Shown here: positions 1 to 20,899 of the stretch, piece after piece | How the letters are laid out: every line of letters begins with the position of its first letter | Numbering within the stretch: the first letter of the stretch is position 1 | Assembly (NCBI GenBank): GCA_964016885.1 | Contig: OZ024742.1 | Location: 94,364,001 to 94,428,000 of the forward strand | Length of the DNA stretch: 64,000 nucleotides | Reading direction: 5' to 3' | Source of the DNA: Eledone cirrhosa | Lineage: Eukaryota | Notes under the pieces: generated by a model | What the model saw: only the letters and a program-made list of their open reading frames with translations | Databases searched by the model: none | What the model was told of the DNA's origin: nothing | Made by a program: the position numbers and the translations under genes

Positions 1-1090
1 AACTGTCTGATATGCATCCCAATGCTCTAACTGCCACTGGAATCATGAAAATCTTCTTTGTCTCCCACAACTTTCCAACCCCCTCCTTCAGAGACTCATA
101 ATTCTCTATCTTTTCATGCTCTTTATCCTTTGCTCTACTATCTCCTGATATATATATATCGATAATTTGGGCTTCTTTTTCTTTTTGTTCACAACTATAA
201 TGTCTGGCCTTCTTGCTTCAATCATTCAATTGCATTGAATGGTGAAGTTCCACAAAAGCTTAAATTTGTCATTCCCTAACATCATTTCTGGTCTATACTG
301 CTACCGTTTAGTTAGTCTGACAAACCTACATTTCTTAGATATCATCCAATGTATCTGGCAACATTATCATATTGTCTTTTCTAGTCTTGTTGTGCCAGCT
401 AAATACATTTGCTTATAATATGCTTATAATATCTCTTTTTGTTTCACACATTATAATGATGATTTTATGTTTTTGACAACATGTTTAATGTTTAATGTTA
501 GTTTGGGTGCTGCATACCAGTTTATCTTTTCATTCCTTTTCAAGTTCTTATTTTACTCTCATCTTACATTTATTGGGTGTTACTACATCAGCAGATTTTA
601 CTGTGTCATGATGTTACGCCTTATATTTTTAAGGTACTGAACTAGGTTGTTTTCTCATTTTGACACAATTTTCACAACTTATTAGTCCTCTACCTCCTTT
701 CTTTCTCCCTACATAAAGTCTTGTGTCTTTGGATGGAGTTCTGTATGCACTGTCATCAATTTTCTATTTTTCCTATCAATACTTTCCAATTCACCTTTCC
801 TCCATTTAATAACTCCTGTCCCATAGTGCATGAGAGACACAGCCTATGTATTTGTTGAGTTGATCTTATTCCTTTTTCCCTTCCATTAAATTTAGATGAC
901 ATTACAAGTCTCCTTTACCTGACATTCTTATAAGAACAGCTTCAGTTCTTTCTCTTTGATTTTATCCAACTGAAAGACTCCCAAATACTTGTATCCTTCT
1001 TCTACTTCTTTCATAGTCTGGCCATTTGCAAGCTCAATCCCTTTAGTTAGTTTTTCAAGTTTCAGGGTTACAATACCACATTTATCTACT
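1..1090 (-). mobile_element. Decayed non-LTR retrotransposon fragment with restriction-like endonuclease (R4/Dong-like)
   Basis: Minus strand reads GYKYLG (~985-995, RT C-terminal motif) and LLWNFTIQ..IEARRPDIIVV (~190-260, RLE motif). Many stops and frameshifts. Confidence 0.75.
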
Positions 1091-1104
1091 TTTGAGGGTT
1101 ATAA

Positions 1105-1490
1105 CATGTTTTGCTGCATATAGTTACAGTCCGTTATATTCTGAGTTCAAATCCCGCCAAGTTTAGCGTTGCCTTTCATCCTTACAAGGTTGATAAAATA
1201 AAGCACCAGTAATGCACTGGGGCTGATTTAATCACAAACTGCTGGCCTTGTACCTAAAGTTAAAACAATTATTGTTTGGCAGTATCGATAGAGGGTTGGA
1301 TGCCATGCTTAGCAGCAAAGAGTTACGGCCCTTTATGGTCTGAGTTCAAATCCCGCCGAGGTTAACTTTGCCTTTCATCCTTATGGGGTCGATAAAATAA
1401 AGTACCAGTCACGTACTGGGGTCGATTTAATCGACTTTCCCTTCCCCCCAAATTACTGGCCTTGTGCCTATATAAGAAACCATTATTATA
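1105..1490 (+). mobile_element. Two tandem copies of tRNA-derived SINE family 1 (first 5'-truncated)
   Basis: A-box-like TGGCAGTATCG, B-box GAGTTCAAATCCC, conserved body GCCTTTCATCCTTAYGGGGTCGATAAAATAAAGTACCAG, 3' end CTGGCCTTGTGCC..AGAAAC-(ATT)n. About 12 copies in the window. Confidence 0.9.
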
Positions 1491-2244
1491 CAAAGCAATA
1501 ACAACATAAACATAATAATCAGTCTTTCTCTCTACATATGTATATTTCTCACTGACACTCTTTCAAAACACCTCTATTATCACTATATTTCATGACATTA
1601 CAAAATGTGATGTTTTTTAGTCTACCACTAGAAAATATATTTATATTCTAACAGGCAGTTGAATAACAACGCAACAAGCATTTTAAGGCAAGTTTTCTAG
1701 CTTTAACAAGATTTAGCCTTGCAGGTCCCATGATAGGTTTCATATACACTTTTTAAGACAATGTTTTAGTGCCAGATGCTTATCCTGGCACCAATCCTTT
1801 TAGTCACCTCTTACAACACAGGGATATAATGTACCAATTCTAAAAGAAATACAAAGAAAGACCAGATAAACACAGTTCTTATGTAACCAAATTCACTGGA
1901 AGTGTAGAGGTAAAGACAAGTATGTGATAAAAGGTATTTGCCCAAGATGCTGCACATTGGGATTGAACTTAAAACCACATAATAGCGACATGAAGTAAAT
2001 TTCATAAGATCTCTACTATGTTTTCTCTCCTATCATAGCATTATTTCCTCTCATCAATGCTCTCTTTCTCTTCCCATCTCATTCTCCTTACTTAGTCTGT
2101 CTCTTGTATCCTCACATTGCTTTCATCTCTCATGCACTATGCTGTGACAGTACATATAGTTCAGCATTATCTTGGAGTCAAACACCCCATATTCACTCAT
2201 ATCTCACATTTTTCTTATCACATTTGCACCCTCTTGCTATACAA

Positions 2245-5710
<3,466 letters not shown>

Positions 5711-6399
5711 GCATACATTTATTCTCTCATTATATATCTATGTTCTTATTCCTTCCTCTTTTTCTAAAATCTATTTTCATTCTCTTCATTGAAACTTTTA
5801 ATTTCTATTTCTTACCACTCATACACCCCACCCCCTGTCTCCCCCTCATCTTCTTCTTCCTCTTTCTTTGTTTCCTTATTCTATATTTCACTCCTTTGCT
5901 ACTCTGAGTTTCCTGCTTAAATGTATTTATACAACATACATTATTACTTTCAAGGGAGGGAATTAGAGAGAATTGAAACATTTGAATCAATATATATAAT
6001 TACTTGCAACTTACAAAGACAATGGTTTTTAGTGGCAAGCTTTCTTTGCCCCATTGTAGCTACATCACTGGACTGTGAATGATTTCCTGGGAGATAAGAG
6101 TGGAGATGGCTAGATACTACTGGCTAGATATAGTTGTGGTTTCTACAACAAAGTTCTGTGGCTCTGGTACTTTATATTTGGGTGGAGGATGGAAAATCAA
6201 CTATTCAGGAGTGGCACTAGAAATGACAGGAGAGTGGACCAGATTCAGGGAATCAGTAATGTCTTCTTTTCATCTCCTGAGAATGCACCATTCTGAAGAG
6301 AGAAAAATCCCAGATGCATTCCTGATAGCAGACATGAAGGAGGACTTTTTATTTCGCAAAGTCAACAGATGGTTTGCCAGAGCACTTTATTTGCTGATC

Positions 6400-6570
6400 T
6401 GAAGTTAGATTTTAACTTAACTCCAAATCCTCTGAAAGTTTTGTTTAAAAACTCTGCCTTAACCCTCCAAATTCATCCCTTCTTCATGAGTCTTGGGTAA
6501 TGACTGAAAGAATATGATCACAAATACAAGAGGCTGAAATGTATTTCCTCCGAAGGGTCTTTGAAGTAAT
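6400..6570 (+). mobile_element. Small old RTE-type LINE C-terminal fragment (different family from the main RTE)
   Basis: Reads ESWVMTERI*SQIQEAEMYFLRRV, typical of the post-RT region of RTE-clade ORFs. Confidence 0.55.
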
Positions 6571-7499
6571 GTTATTTTTTTTATTACTTTCTGTATATAG
6601 ATATTTAAAATAATTTTTTTATATCATGTTTTGCAATATTTAAATACCTTTTAACAATTTTTATTCTCATGAAAATGGACACTAGGACAGATGACAATAG
6701 GTGCCTTATAAATAGATTTGAGCATAGTACAATCTGGGATAAAGGTCAGGAGTCTGCTTGTATATATATATTGATGAGGTTATAAGGAATATTTGCTCTG
6801 ATCACATTTGCTCACAATTATTCACTCAATGAGAGATGGTTTGAACGTGTATTGAGCAAAACTTGTCTCAGAGTGCTAACCAAATGTATATTCATAATGT
6901 GGAAGTTGCACTTGCTTGTCTGGACCCCAAGGTTTCTGTTAATACGGTAAGCTTTGATAAGTGCAATTTGTGAATACAGTGGTGCACTATGCTAGCCAAA
7001 TCCACTAACCTCATCAGCAGACATTGTAATTATATAGAGAGAGTGAAGCCATCCAATCACAGTGAGCATTACCGGATTACTGCTAGAATAAGTTCTCTGC
7101 AGCAAAATATTGATGTCACAGGTGGGAGAATGACCTATCTCTTACTACTGGACAGTGCTAAATGGCAGCAAAAATTCAAAATAAAATATATTTCAAATCT
7201 CCACCAGTTTGGGGAAAATAAAAACAGAATTGTAAATAAATCCAGGTGTAAAAGATATTGAAGCAATCTTACAATTCTGTTTGTTCTGTTAACTGGGAGA
7301 AAAAAATATATATCAACGAGGTTATAGGGAATATTCACCATAAACCTGTTTGTTCACAATTAATCACTGAATTGGATATGGTTTTAATGTAGATATATCA
7401 ATGCAAATTCTGGGAACATTGACCATACAAATCACATATGCCTGCATGTAGGCAGCTACACATTTGCCTAAAAAGAAACAGTTGCATATGTCAACAAAA

Positions 7500-7545
7500 A
7501 TTCACATCCTGAAGATGAGATTGTGAAAGTCTAGAAATGTAGGAA
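7500..7545 (+). ncRNA. Degenerate hammerhead-like motif
   Basis: CTGAAGA (7509-7515), imperfect hairpin AGATT/AGTCT, then GAAA-TGTA. Stem I is poor. Confidence 0.3.
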
Positions 7546-10247
7546 CTGCAAGGGAGTAATATGAAAATATGAAATAAAAACTTAATAAAAAAGGATAAAA
7601 CTAGAACAGTAATATTATAAAAGCATTATATAAATGTATGTAGAGCAGATACAAGAGAGAATATAGTCAGTACATGTAGTACATTGTATTTATTTATTTG
7701 AAAGTGATGAATCACTTCACTGCCGATAGCAGCAATGGTTTGAATCAACAGAATTGAATGGAAATATATTGTAGGATGGGCAGCATATTTGATGATCTTT
7801 GATTTTTGGAAAATTCTATAATGTTGAATATATTGTTTATTATCTCCCTAAAATATAAACCATGTAAGAGGATGGGGTTAACTCTATATCATTGTAAAAC
7901 TTAAGTGAATGTCACTGACTGTGAATATTTGCAACTTACTTGTAAAAAGCAAAGAAATTTAAGAATTTTTCATAAAAATAATCAATCCTCTCTCCGTGTT
8001 GATTTATATATGTATACATAATCTATATATGTTCTTCTGGTTTTAATATTTTATGAATTTTCACCAGTAGAGAGATAGTTTAAGACTCTGCCCCCACCAC
8101 AACCTTACCAGGAATAAGTGGGCGAAGAAGAAATAGAAGAAATAAAAGAGAGTCATTTCTATCCTAGAAGTGCAAGTGTGGGTGTTATTGCTTGTGTGGA
8201 TGTGTATATTTTGAGTTATATGTGTACGCATCTGTATGTTTCTATATCTAAACGTGTATATGCAATTATCACATGCTGAAATTCTGAAATGTTTTATATA
8301 TTTTTACAGTTCCATTAATGGACTGTACTTGCAACTTCCTAACAAACGGTGGTCTTACTGATTCTTTGAAAACCAGCATCTTGACATTTGTACTGAGGCA
8401 GTTAGTAACATATCCCACAACCCCAAGTATCACAAATTCACATCTAAAAGTATAGTCAGGTGTGATAATCTGCAGACTCCTCATTAATTGTTCAGCTTTG
8501 GGCTAATCTTTAGCATTATGTTGTTGTCATGGGTTTAATATATGTTTGAGATGCAACTGTAACTTAGTTTAAGAATGAGCCTCTTAAATAGACTACAATA
8601 CATATAGTTGAGAAGGAATGCTTATGTTCTACATTAAGTTATTAAGATTTTAATTACATCCTACTTTATATGGAGGTAGAAGTGTGTGTGAGGGGTGGTG
8701 GTGAATGAGAGAACATTATACTCTTGTGGTTTTTTTTTTTCAAGAGTTCCTAGTAATTTCAATCATATTGTGGGTGTATAAGCTATCTGTTCCATAAAAC
8801 CACTTGCATCATTTTAATAAGGAGTTACTTTATCAAAAATATTTTTATTATTGGTCAAGTTAAATATTAGCCTACCGATATCCTTAACTTAGTAGGAGAA
8901 TATACTCTTTGTTAATACAGTAGTGAGAAGTGAGCAATTATAATTGATATTCTGTATAGTCTAGGAAATAAATTCAGTGTGATGAGTTGATTGTGCAATG
9001 TTCAAGTAATCAATCACTATTCAGCATCTAGAGAAGCCATAGCAAGACAATTAACCTCCTCACTGCATCTTTCTTGGGCATCAGCCAATCTTTTTTCCCA
9101 CCATTTTGCTCTCTTCATTCTCTGCCGTTGCTTAACTATCCTTCTTTTTGTGGTTTTCATATTTCTCTTTTACCACATATTTGTCCATGCATGACCATAT
9201 TGGATAGAGATAAAATGTAATGGTGTCATGTTACATGTCTAAACAACTTCATTTTCTGCCTTTTTACATTTGACAGAAAATATTTGTGGTTCACAATCGT
9301 CCTACTTCACTAAATGATTTACTTCCACAAAATATAGAATAAATGAGAGCTGAAATAGAATGGATGCCTTGCTACCACAGGTCATGAATTATGAATATAT
9401 GACCCACCCTCCTCTGTTTATGGATCAAGAGGAACAGGGAACTAATGTTGAAATGTAGATGTGAAAAAAAACTCCCCAAAACAGAACTAGAAAAAGTGGT
9501 TGTTCTCAAATATCAGATGATGATTAATTAAGATGTAGAACAATATATATACTTATCCAATCTAATGCTGATTATTGATGCAAGTGTATATTATTATCAC
9601 TAGGTCATTGCCTGTCAGTACACTGCTAGTACAAAATACTTGTTAATCATGTACATACCTTCATACTCTGTTCAAATAATCTTTAAATTGACTTTTTCAG
9701 TGAAGATCAACAACAGTTTGAATACATTTATTTAAGATACTTTGTTTCATATTCTACAGAATAAGTATATTTGCTATTTCTCCCTCTGTCTGTTCACCAC
9801 ACATATATGTAGGAGGCAAAGAAGGAGGATTGAAAAGTTGCTGTTGTTAAGAGAGAAATAGAGTGAGAGAGAAAGTTTGTGAAAGATAGATAAACAGATA
9901 GGTAGTGTCATCACTTTCTCTCCCTCACTGTATTTCTCTCACCACTTCAATATTACCATCAACATTTCATCATCAACCATTTACTTTTTATAATGGGTTG
10001 GATGGGTCTTAGTGTATCTTGTTAGTCTTCATGTATTTTATCATACAATTAGCAATGAAAATCTTGTCTATAGCAAGATTAAAGACTTCCATCAAACCAG
10101 AGTTAATGTTGCCCTAAATTGGTTGCCATCACATAAGCTTGTACAATTCATGCCCCCTTGATTCACACACTTCCTTTTACTATGTTTTTACTATAGTATG
10201 CTCTTCCTAAGGACATCCATCTGACTGTAAAAATTGGATATTATTTA

Positions 10248-10440
10248 GTGGTGGATTGGCAGTATTGGTAGAGGGTCAGACACCATGCTTTGATGCATAG
10301 AGTTACGGCCCTTGCCATTCTGAGTTCAAATCCTGCCGAGGTTAACTTTGCCTTTCATCCTTATGGGGTCGATAAAATAAAGTACAAGTAATGTACTGGG
10401 TATTTGCCTGCCTTGTGCCAAAAGTAAAAACAATTATTTA
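10248..10440 (+). mobile_element. SINE family 1, full-length
   Basis: GGTGGATTGGCAGTAT head, B box, conserved body, AAACAATTATT tail. Confidence 0.9.
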
Positions 10441-10642
10441 TCACACAACAGGCACCCGAGACTTTGTCTGTTACAGGAATAAAGAGTTCTTTCTTTGCAA
10501 TTTTTTTTTTTTAGCTTTACCTAGATAGGTTGCTGCACAGCTGCATGTACATGTCATGTCATCAATCCCTTACTTCATTTTTGAAGTGTCTTTATGTGTG
10601 TGTATACATGCACACACACACAGACACACACATATATATATA

Positions 10643-11201
10643 TAATCTGAGTTTTTCGAATATTAATAATAACATTTGATTCGTTTGCAATTATGCAAAC
10701 AAGCCTCAATTTTATAGCCATGTCAGTAGAATAAACTCTTCATTCTTGCTCTTGTGTTGGCATGTAAACAGAACTGCAGACACTAATGTTTCTGGGTATC
10801 ACCCTTCATCAGTACATCTCACTGTTCACCTGCCAACTCTGTGAGCTAGCGAAAATATATGCTATTTTCTAAAATATACAGTGACTGATCGGCCTGATTT
10901 GCATATTAGCAAACTGGCTGATCAGTGGACCTGCTAATATGCAGATCTGACTGATCAACCAGTCTGCTAATATGCAAATCAGGTCGATCAGTCACTGTAT
11001 ATTTTAGAAAATAGCATATATTTTCACTAGCTCAGAGAGTTGGCAGGTGAACAGTGAGCTGTACTGATGAAGGGTGATACCCAGAAAAATTAGAGCAAGA
11101 ATGAAGAGTTCATTTCACTGACATGGCTATAAAAAAGAGGCTTGTTTGCATAATTGCAAATGAATCAAATGTTGTTATTAATATTCGAAAACCTCAGATT
11201 A
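10643..11201. repeat. ~560 bp imperfect palindrome (inverted pseudo-LTR pair of a non-autonomous PLE-like element)
   Basis: 10643-~10925 is the reverse complement of ~10950-11201, with one ~31 bp indel. Flanked by TA repeats. Extra partial terminal copy at 11225-11253. Confidence 0.9.
10771..10820 (-). ncRNA. Minimal type I hammerhead ribozyme
   Basis: GAGATGTA-CTGATGA-A-GGGT gat ACCC-A-GAAAC-ATTAGT-GTC-TGCAGTTC: core, stem II, short stem III, GUC site and stem I all present. Confidence 0.75.
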
Positions 11202-11299
11202 CAGATATATACATATATCTATAAATATTAATATTCAAAAAACTCAGATTACATTTATTGTATTGATCCATGTAGAGCGATAATTTTCTTTATATTCAT

Positions 11300-15620
<4,321 letters not shown>

Positions 15621-15671
15621 TAAGATACCTTCGAGAATTTATATATATATATAGATATATATATATATATA

Positions 15672-15976
15672 AATTGTTATACTTGGGGAGGGTAATATTG
15701 TTGTAATAATATTGCCAGAAATAACAGAAGACACTCACTGTTTGGTTGGTTTTCACTTCTGCATCTTTTATATCTCCATAGTTAATTCATTCGGCCATCA
15801 GTGATTATCACTGACTGACCAACGGTAAAAAATACAGATATAAATACATATATATAGTCTGTTATTATTTCTGGCAATATTATTGCAACAATATGATCCT
15901 CCCCAAGTATAACAATATTTGTTTCGACACACAATTTCATAACAAAAACCTCGCAAAACAAATTCATCACTGTCAT
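15672..15976. mobile_element. Short inverted pseudo-LTR remnant of PLE family B
   Basis: TTGTTATACTTGGGGAG..TATTGCCAGAAAT at 15674 and its reverse complement at 15858-15918. Same terminus occurs at 24880, 26422, 27915, 59520 and 63525. Confidence 0.8.
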
Positions 15977-16827
15977 ATATATATATATATATATATACCT
16001 ACCTATATATGTATGTGTTTATATGAGTTTGTGTTTGTGTCTACAAACACATCCTTCTGAGATTAAAATAATACCAGTCAAAGTGTTGCAATCAATATAA
16101 TTAACTAAATCCTTTTAAAAATTCTGTTCCATTGTGGTTACAATGTATATGTATATATACAATGTATATGTATATATACTTGAATCGGGCAATGGCACGT
16201 GCGGACATGATTATCTCCGTAGGAATTCAACTTTATTTTACTACATCTCATCGTATGTATTTATTTTGAATGTATTATCCGTGGTGGTGGGTCTTGCCTA
16301 ATGTGGTATTTCGGTGTTTAATATCAGCTTTGACCCGGGTGTCCTACGCTGTGTGTGTGTGAGTGTGTGTCTGTGTATACATTTATATGTGTATGGGTGT
16401 AGGTGGTTGTATGTGTCTGTATATAAAAAATATATATATATATATGTATACCGTCTCTGCATATGCATGTGGTGTGTATATGTGCATATACGTGCTGAAC
16501 ATATTGATGTGTACAATCTTGTGATGTCCCAATGCGGTGACTTCATGGCTCTTGAAGCTATTTTTTATATATCTTTTGTCTTTTTATATATCTTTTGTAT
16601 GCGCTCCAACTGTGTCTGCTTGCTTTGGCTAACCCGCCTGCACCTCGCTTGCTACTGCACGTGAATTCTCCTACCTTCCTTCGATGCACCTCTGTTTGAC
16701 CATTGGACTCCTGCCCGGGTGTGAACCGGTTTGTGATTACCCCACCGCTCAACTGTGTGAATGCACACCTGTGACTTTCGAGTGAACTTTTGAGACTGCC
16801 CAACCTGGGACGCCTCCATTGCCTTGC

Positions 16828-16988
16828 AATGGTCAAGTGATACTGGTGACTGTGACACTTAGTGCCTTCGTGGGCCCCTGATGTTTTCAAGAAATATATT
16901 TTAAAAAATGGTCAAGTGATACAGATGACTGTGACACTTAGTGCCTTCGTGGGCCCCTGATATATTCAAGAGATATATTCTAAAAAAA
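16828..16988. repeat. Two tandem ~79 bp units
   Basis: AATGGTCAAGTGATAC..GACTGTGACACTTAGTGCCTTCGTGGGCCCCTGAT occurs twice. Confidence 0.9.
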
Positions 16989-17078
16989 TATATATCTTAT
17001 CTCAATTTATTTTATTTCATTTTATTTTATTTTATTTCATTTCATTTTATCTAATTTTATTTATTTACTTATTTAATT

Positions 17079-17109
<31 letters not shown>

Positions 17110-17170
17110 CTTATTTATTTATTTATTTATTTATTTAAATTTAATTTTAATTTTATTTATTTATTTAATT

Positions 17171-17230
<60 letters not shown>

Positions 17231-17781
17231 TTACATTTAATTATATCTTATATTATATTATTTTACTTTAGTCTATTTTATTTTATTTTAGTTTACCTTA
17301 TATTATCTTATTTTATGATTATATTATATTATGTTCTATTTTATATAATTTTAATTTTAATTTTATATTATTTTATTTCATTCATTACCCTGTATCACTA
17401 TTATCTGTATATTTTATATTTTATATTTTATGTGTAAGTTTGTTATATATTTCTTTATATTTTCTTATATATATTATAAGTCTGTTTTTCACCTATTTTT
17501 TACCTACTCTTACCTAATCCTATCTATCTTATCTACTCTTGTCTGTTCTCTTATCCATGTGTATGCTTGTATGTAACTATATGTTGACAGCACCCCGCCC
17601 AACTGTGACTGATAGCACCCCTTATTTTTCATTGTTTATTTTATTATTTTATTTTTATTTTTATTTTTATTTTTATTCTTATTTTTACTTTTACTTCCTT
17701 AATATCCTTTATCTTCTATTATTTTTCATTCTTCAATGTCTTGGATTTGTTATTGCTTGTATGGTATGTAATTAACCTTTA

Positions 17782-17827
17782 TGCTCTGATGAGTCCCACT
17801 TATAGTGCGGATGAAACAATGTTAGCA
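17782..17827 (+). ncRNA. Minimal type I hammerhead ribozyme
   Basis: TGCT-CTGATGA-GTCC CAC ttata GTG c GGAT-GAAAC-AAT-GTT-AGCA. Lies just before a (TA)n block. Confidence 0.7.
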
Positions 17828-17869
17828 AGTAAAGATATGCATATGCTATAGGCGTTCTTTGTTATTTAT

Positions 17870-17972
<103 letters not shown>

Positions 17973-18299
17973 CTATCAAAACAATGTGGCAGCAAAATAA
18001 TGTCAATACCTAAAACTGAAGCTATGTGACAGTTTTACACAGCATGCAGAGAGGCTGAAATAAGGAGGTTTGCCAATGTGCTAAGATGTGATGATCAAAG
18101 ATGTGATGTGTACCACTTTGCAAAGCTGGGTGTCACTGAAAATCAGGATGTATTTGGTGAAACTTTTGTTCACAATGACACTGGTGCATTTAGCTTCATT
18201 GATGCTCAAGATAAGGGGTCTGGAAGTGCAATTATGAAGGGCTGAAGAAAGTGGAGAATGAAAAGACGGAAGGAAGACTAATCGAAGTAAACTCAACAG

Positions 18300-18830
18300 A
18301 TGTTCCTATCGAAGCTGACAGTTATATGATTAAAGAAAAAATCAGAATTGAAAAATGGAAAAGTTGCCAGAAAAGTTGTCAGACATTCATCGAGAGGTTG
18401 AAATCATCTGGTTGAAATCACATAGTCAATCAGACGATCCATGATAGTGTTATACTCAAATTCTGACATAGCAGTATGATCATTATTTGTTATGTGGGAA
18501 AAGATGATGCTCGATAAAGTATCAATTACAGAAGTATAAATCCGATATCAAGTTATCGAAGCCACAAATGTGAGTACAATTAATTAGGGAAAGATTCAAT
18601 TTAGCTGAAATGCAGTTTGGTTTAATGCAACAACCGAGCATTACAGATGCCCATTTAAAGTGACACAACTACAAGAGAAATACATGGTAAGACAAATGCC
18701 ACTATACATGTCTTCATTCATCTTGAAAAGGGTATTTGACAGAGTGCCATGATCTGTTATCTGGTGATCCTTAAGGAAACTGGTTTGTGAGAGCAATGTA
18801 AATCACGTACTGAGGGCTGAGTTCATTCAG
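18300..18830 (+). mobile_element. Highly decayed RTE LINE RT fragment
   Basis: EMQFGL, QLQEKY and LEK.FDRVP remnants. Confidence 0.6.
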
Positions 18831-19049
18831 CAGTAGCAACACTATGAGAAGAAATATTTACATGCTAGTTTTGTAATGAGGGTATTTCAGCAGTTGTGTA
18901 TGAGCTTAAGCTTACACACATACATACAAAAATGTGTGTGTGTCTGCATCTTTCTGTCTATATATATTTATGTATGTATATTTTGGTAATAAACTGGGAG
19001 GTTATATCCGTAGTTGGTAGAGCATTCAGTCCAAAGGACGAGTTCAGTA

Positions 19050-19310
19050 TAGAGTTAGTTCCACAACAAATTAGCAATCCATACCCAAGGACGTGTGTTT
19101 CACCGGACAGATGTTCAACTTGTGTATGGCTGCGGTGAGAACGGAAGTATATATGAAACTGAAGTTACATCCACTCGATCAAGTAAACAGAAAGAAGTTA
19201 AAACATATGTAGGTATGATGGAGAACCGGTATAAAGAATACTTCCTTGACCATCAGTTGACCATTAGATACTCTGATAAGCAATCGTCCATGAAGCTGGT
19301 AAACCATATA
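19050..19310 (+). mobile_element. Decayed PLE GIY-YIG fragment
   Basis: SIYETEV...KTYVGMMENRYKE...H...SSMKLVNHI, a Naiad-like GIY-YIG remnant. Confidence 0.6.
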
Positions 19311-20025
19311 TTGTCATTTCTGACTTTCTATTTAACAGGTTTATTTTCGAATAAATAAGAGTGTAAGGCTCTAGGAGACAGAGGTTACAGAATTTGTTGG
19401 GTGGTTTATAAGAGGGGACCTTAGCTAACACATCCCATTCTAGAGTATAAGGTTTATTGCTAGTTTTCAATGAATATATATATGTAGATAATGAAGTAGT
19501 GTGTTTTAGTTTAGAATTTCTAAAAGTGTGAAGATGCGAGATATACCTCGTCTTAAAGCTATTCGAGGTGGAACCAATATAAGTTTTCGAAATTGCAGGT
19601 GTGATGACCATGCAGGAGTAATCGATAACTTTAATTAGGCAATTTTTCCTCAGGGAGCAAATTTTATTTGGTCTACAGTTACAGTTGGTCTGGTTCATGA
19701 TATATTGGTCTAGAGGGTATTTGGTTGCATGGTTATTATAGTTAGTAGTGTGAGTATTGAGATTATGGTAATTATCATTATTACTATTAATATTAATGTC
19801 ATTATTACTATTACTATTACTATTATTGTTCCTAACACTCTCATATATTGAGTTATTATGATGGTAAGTTCTACGTTGAGAGTTATTAACTTGGCGTAAT
19901 TGGAAATATTTATGAATCTTCTTTTTATTACTGCTAGCTATGTGGTTCGCAATATATATGGTCTGATGAATCCAGACATTTGTCTGGAAGAAACGAACGT
20001 CAGCAATTAAAGGCTTAAACAAAAT
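19311..20025 (-). mobile_element. PLE (Naiad-like) fragment: Asn-rich linker and GIY-YIG endonuclease
   Basis: CNCRPNKICSLRKNC (CxCx5Cx5C), KTYIGSTSNSFKTRYISH, FCNLCLLE. Confidence 0.85.
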
Positions 20026-20034
20026 TCTATGTTG

Positions 20035-20092
<58 letters not shown>

Positions 20093-20899
20093 TGCAAATT
20101 CCTTTGTTTGAATGCAACCACCAAACCACGTGTTTTAGTCTAATATAGAAGGCTTCCTCTTTTTCATTAGAGGCAGAGTGTGAGAATGGCAAGAACTGCT
20201 GGATGCCTTATCCAGTAGTAACGGCTATAACATAATGTATAGACCTATTTTATGATTGGGACCACCTGCAGAAGACATGAAATAGCCCGGTTACGTAACT
20301 ATCTGCTGATATTACATGACAATCTGAACATTGCACATGTAAAATCTGTATTTGTCAAGTTATGTTGCACAGAAAAGATATCGTTCAGGAGTTAAGATAT
20401 TTACTTTTATCTGTACCACAACACAGCCACTGTAATTGCTATTAACTGAATGTGTGCACTCTGAACAGCTGGTTCGAGCTGCATTACTACAATTTGGTAT
20501 TTTCATTGAGTGAACTAGACGTTGGCCGGAGAAAGTTACTTTTATATTATATATATATATACATTCATATATATATATCCATATATATGTCTAGAACCTT
20601 CCTTCATCTACGCCCGCTAACTTTGTAAACCTTTTCCTCCTTCTCTCGTACACCCCATCCCGTCCGCTCGCAAGTATAAAATAAACCTTGCTGGGTTCCA
20701 AGGACAGAATTTATCTATCTAATCTATCTTAAGGACGATCTGTCGATTTTGAGAATGTAAGCTAAACACTTGTCTTTCCTTTTACACATAGTTCATCCAA
20801 TGAGCAGTGTTTTAAACTTATATTTATTCTCCGTTTTTCTATCGGATTTTCAATTAATATTTTACATGTTTTTAATAATATGTCTCATTCTGTTAGACC

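Noticed and set aside
6775-7400. Weak ~540 bp-period direct repeat (GAGGTTATA.GGAATATT...CACAATTA.TCACT)
   Set aside because: Too diverged to classify by eye. It may be an old pLTR pair.
8310-8460. Possible plus-strand exon after TTTTTACAG
   Set aside because: No convincing donor site or homology.
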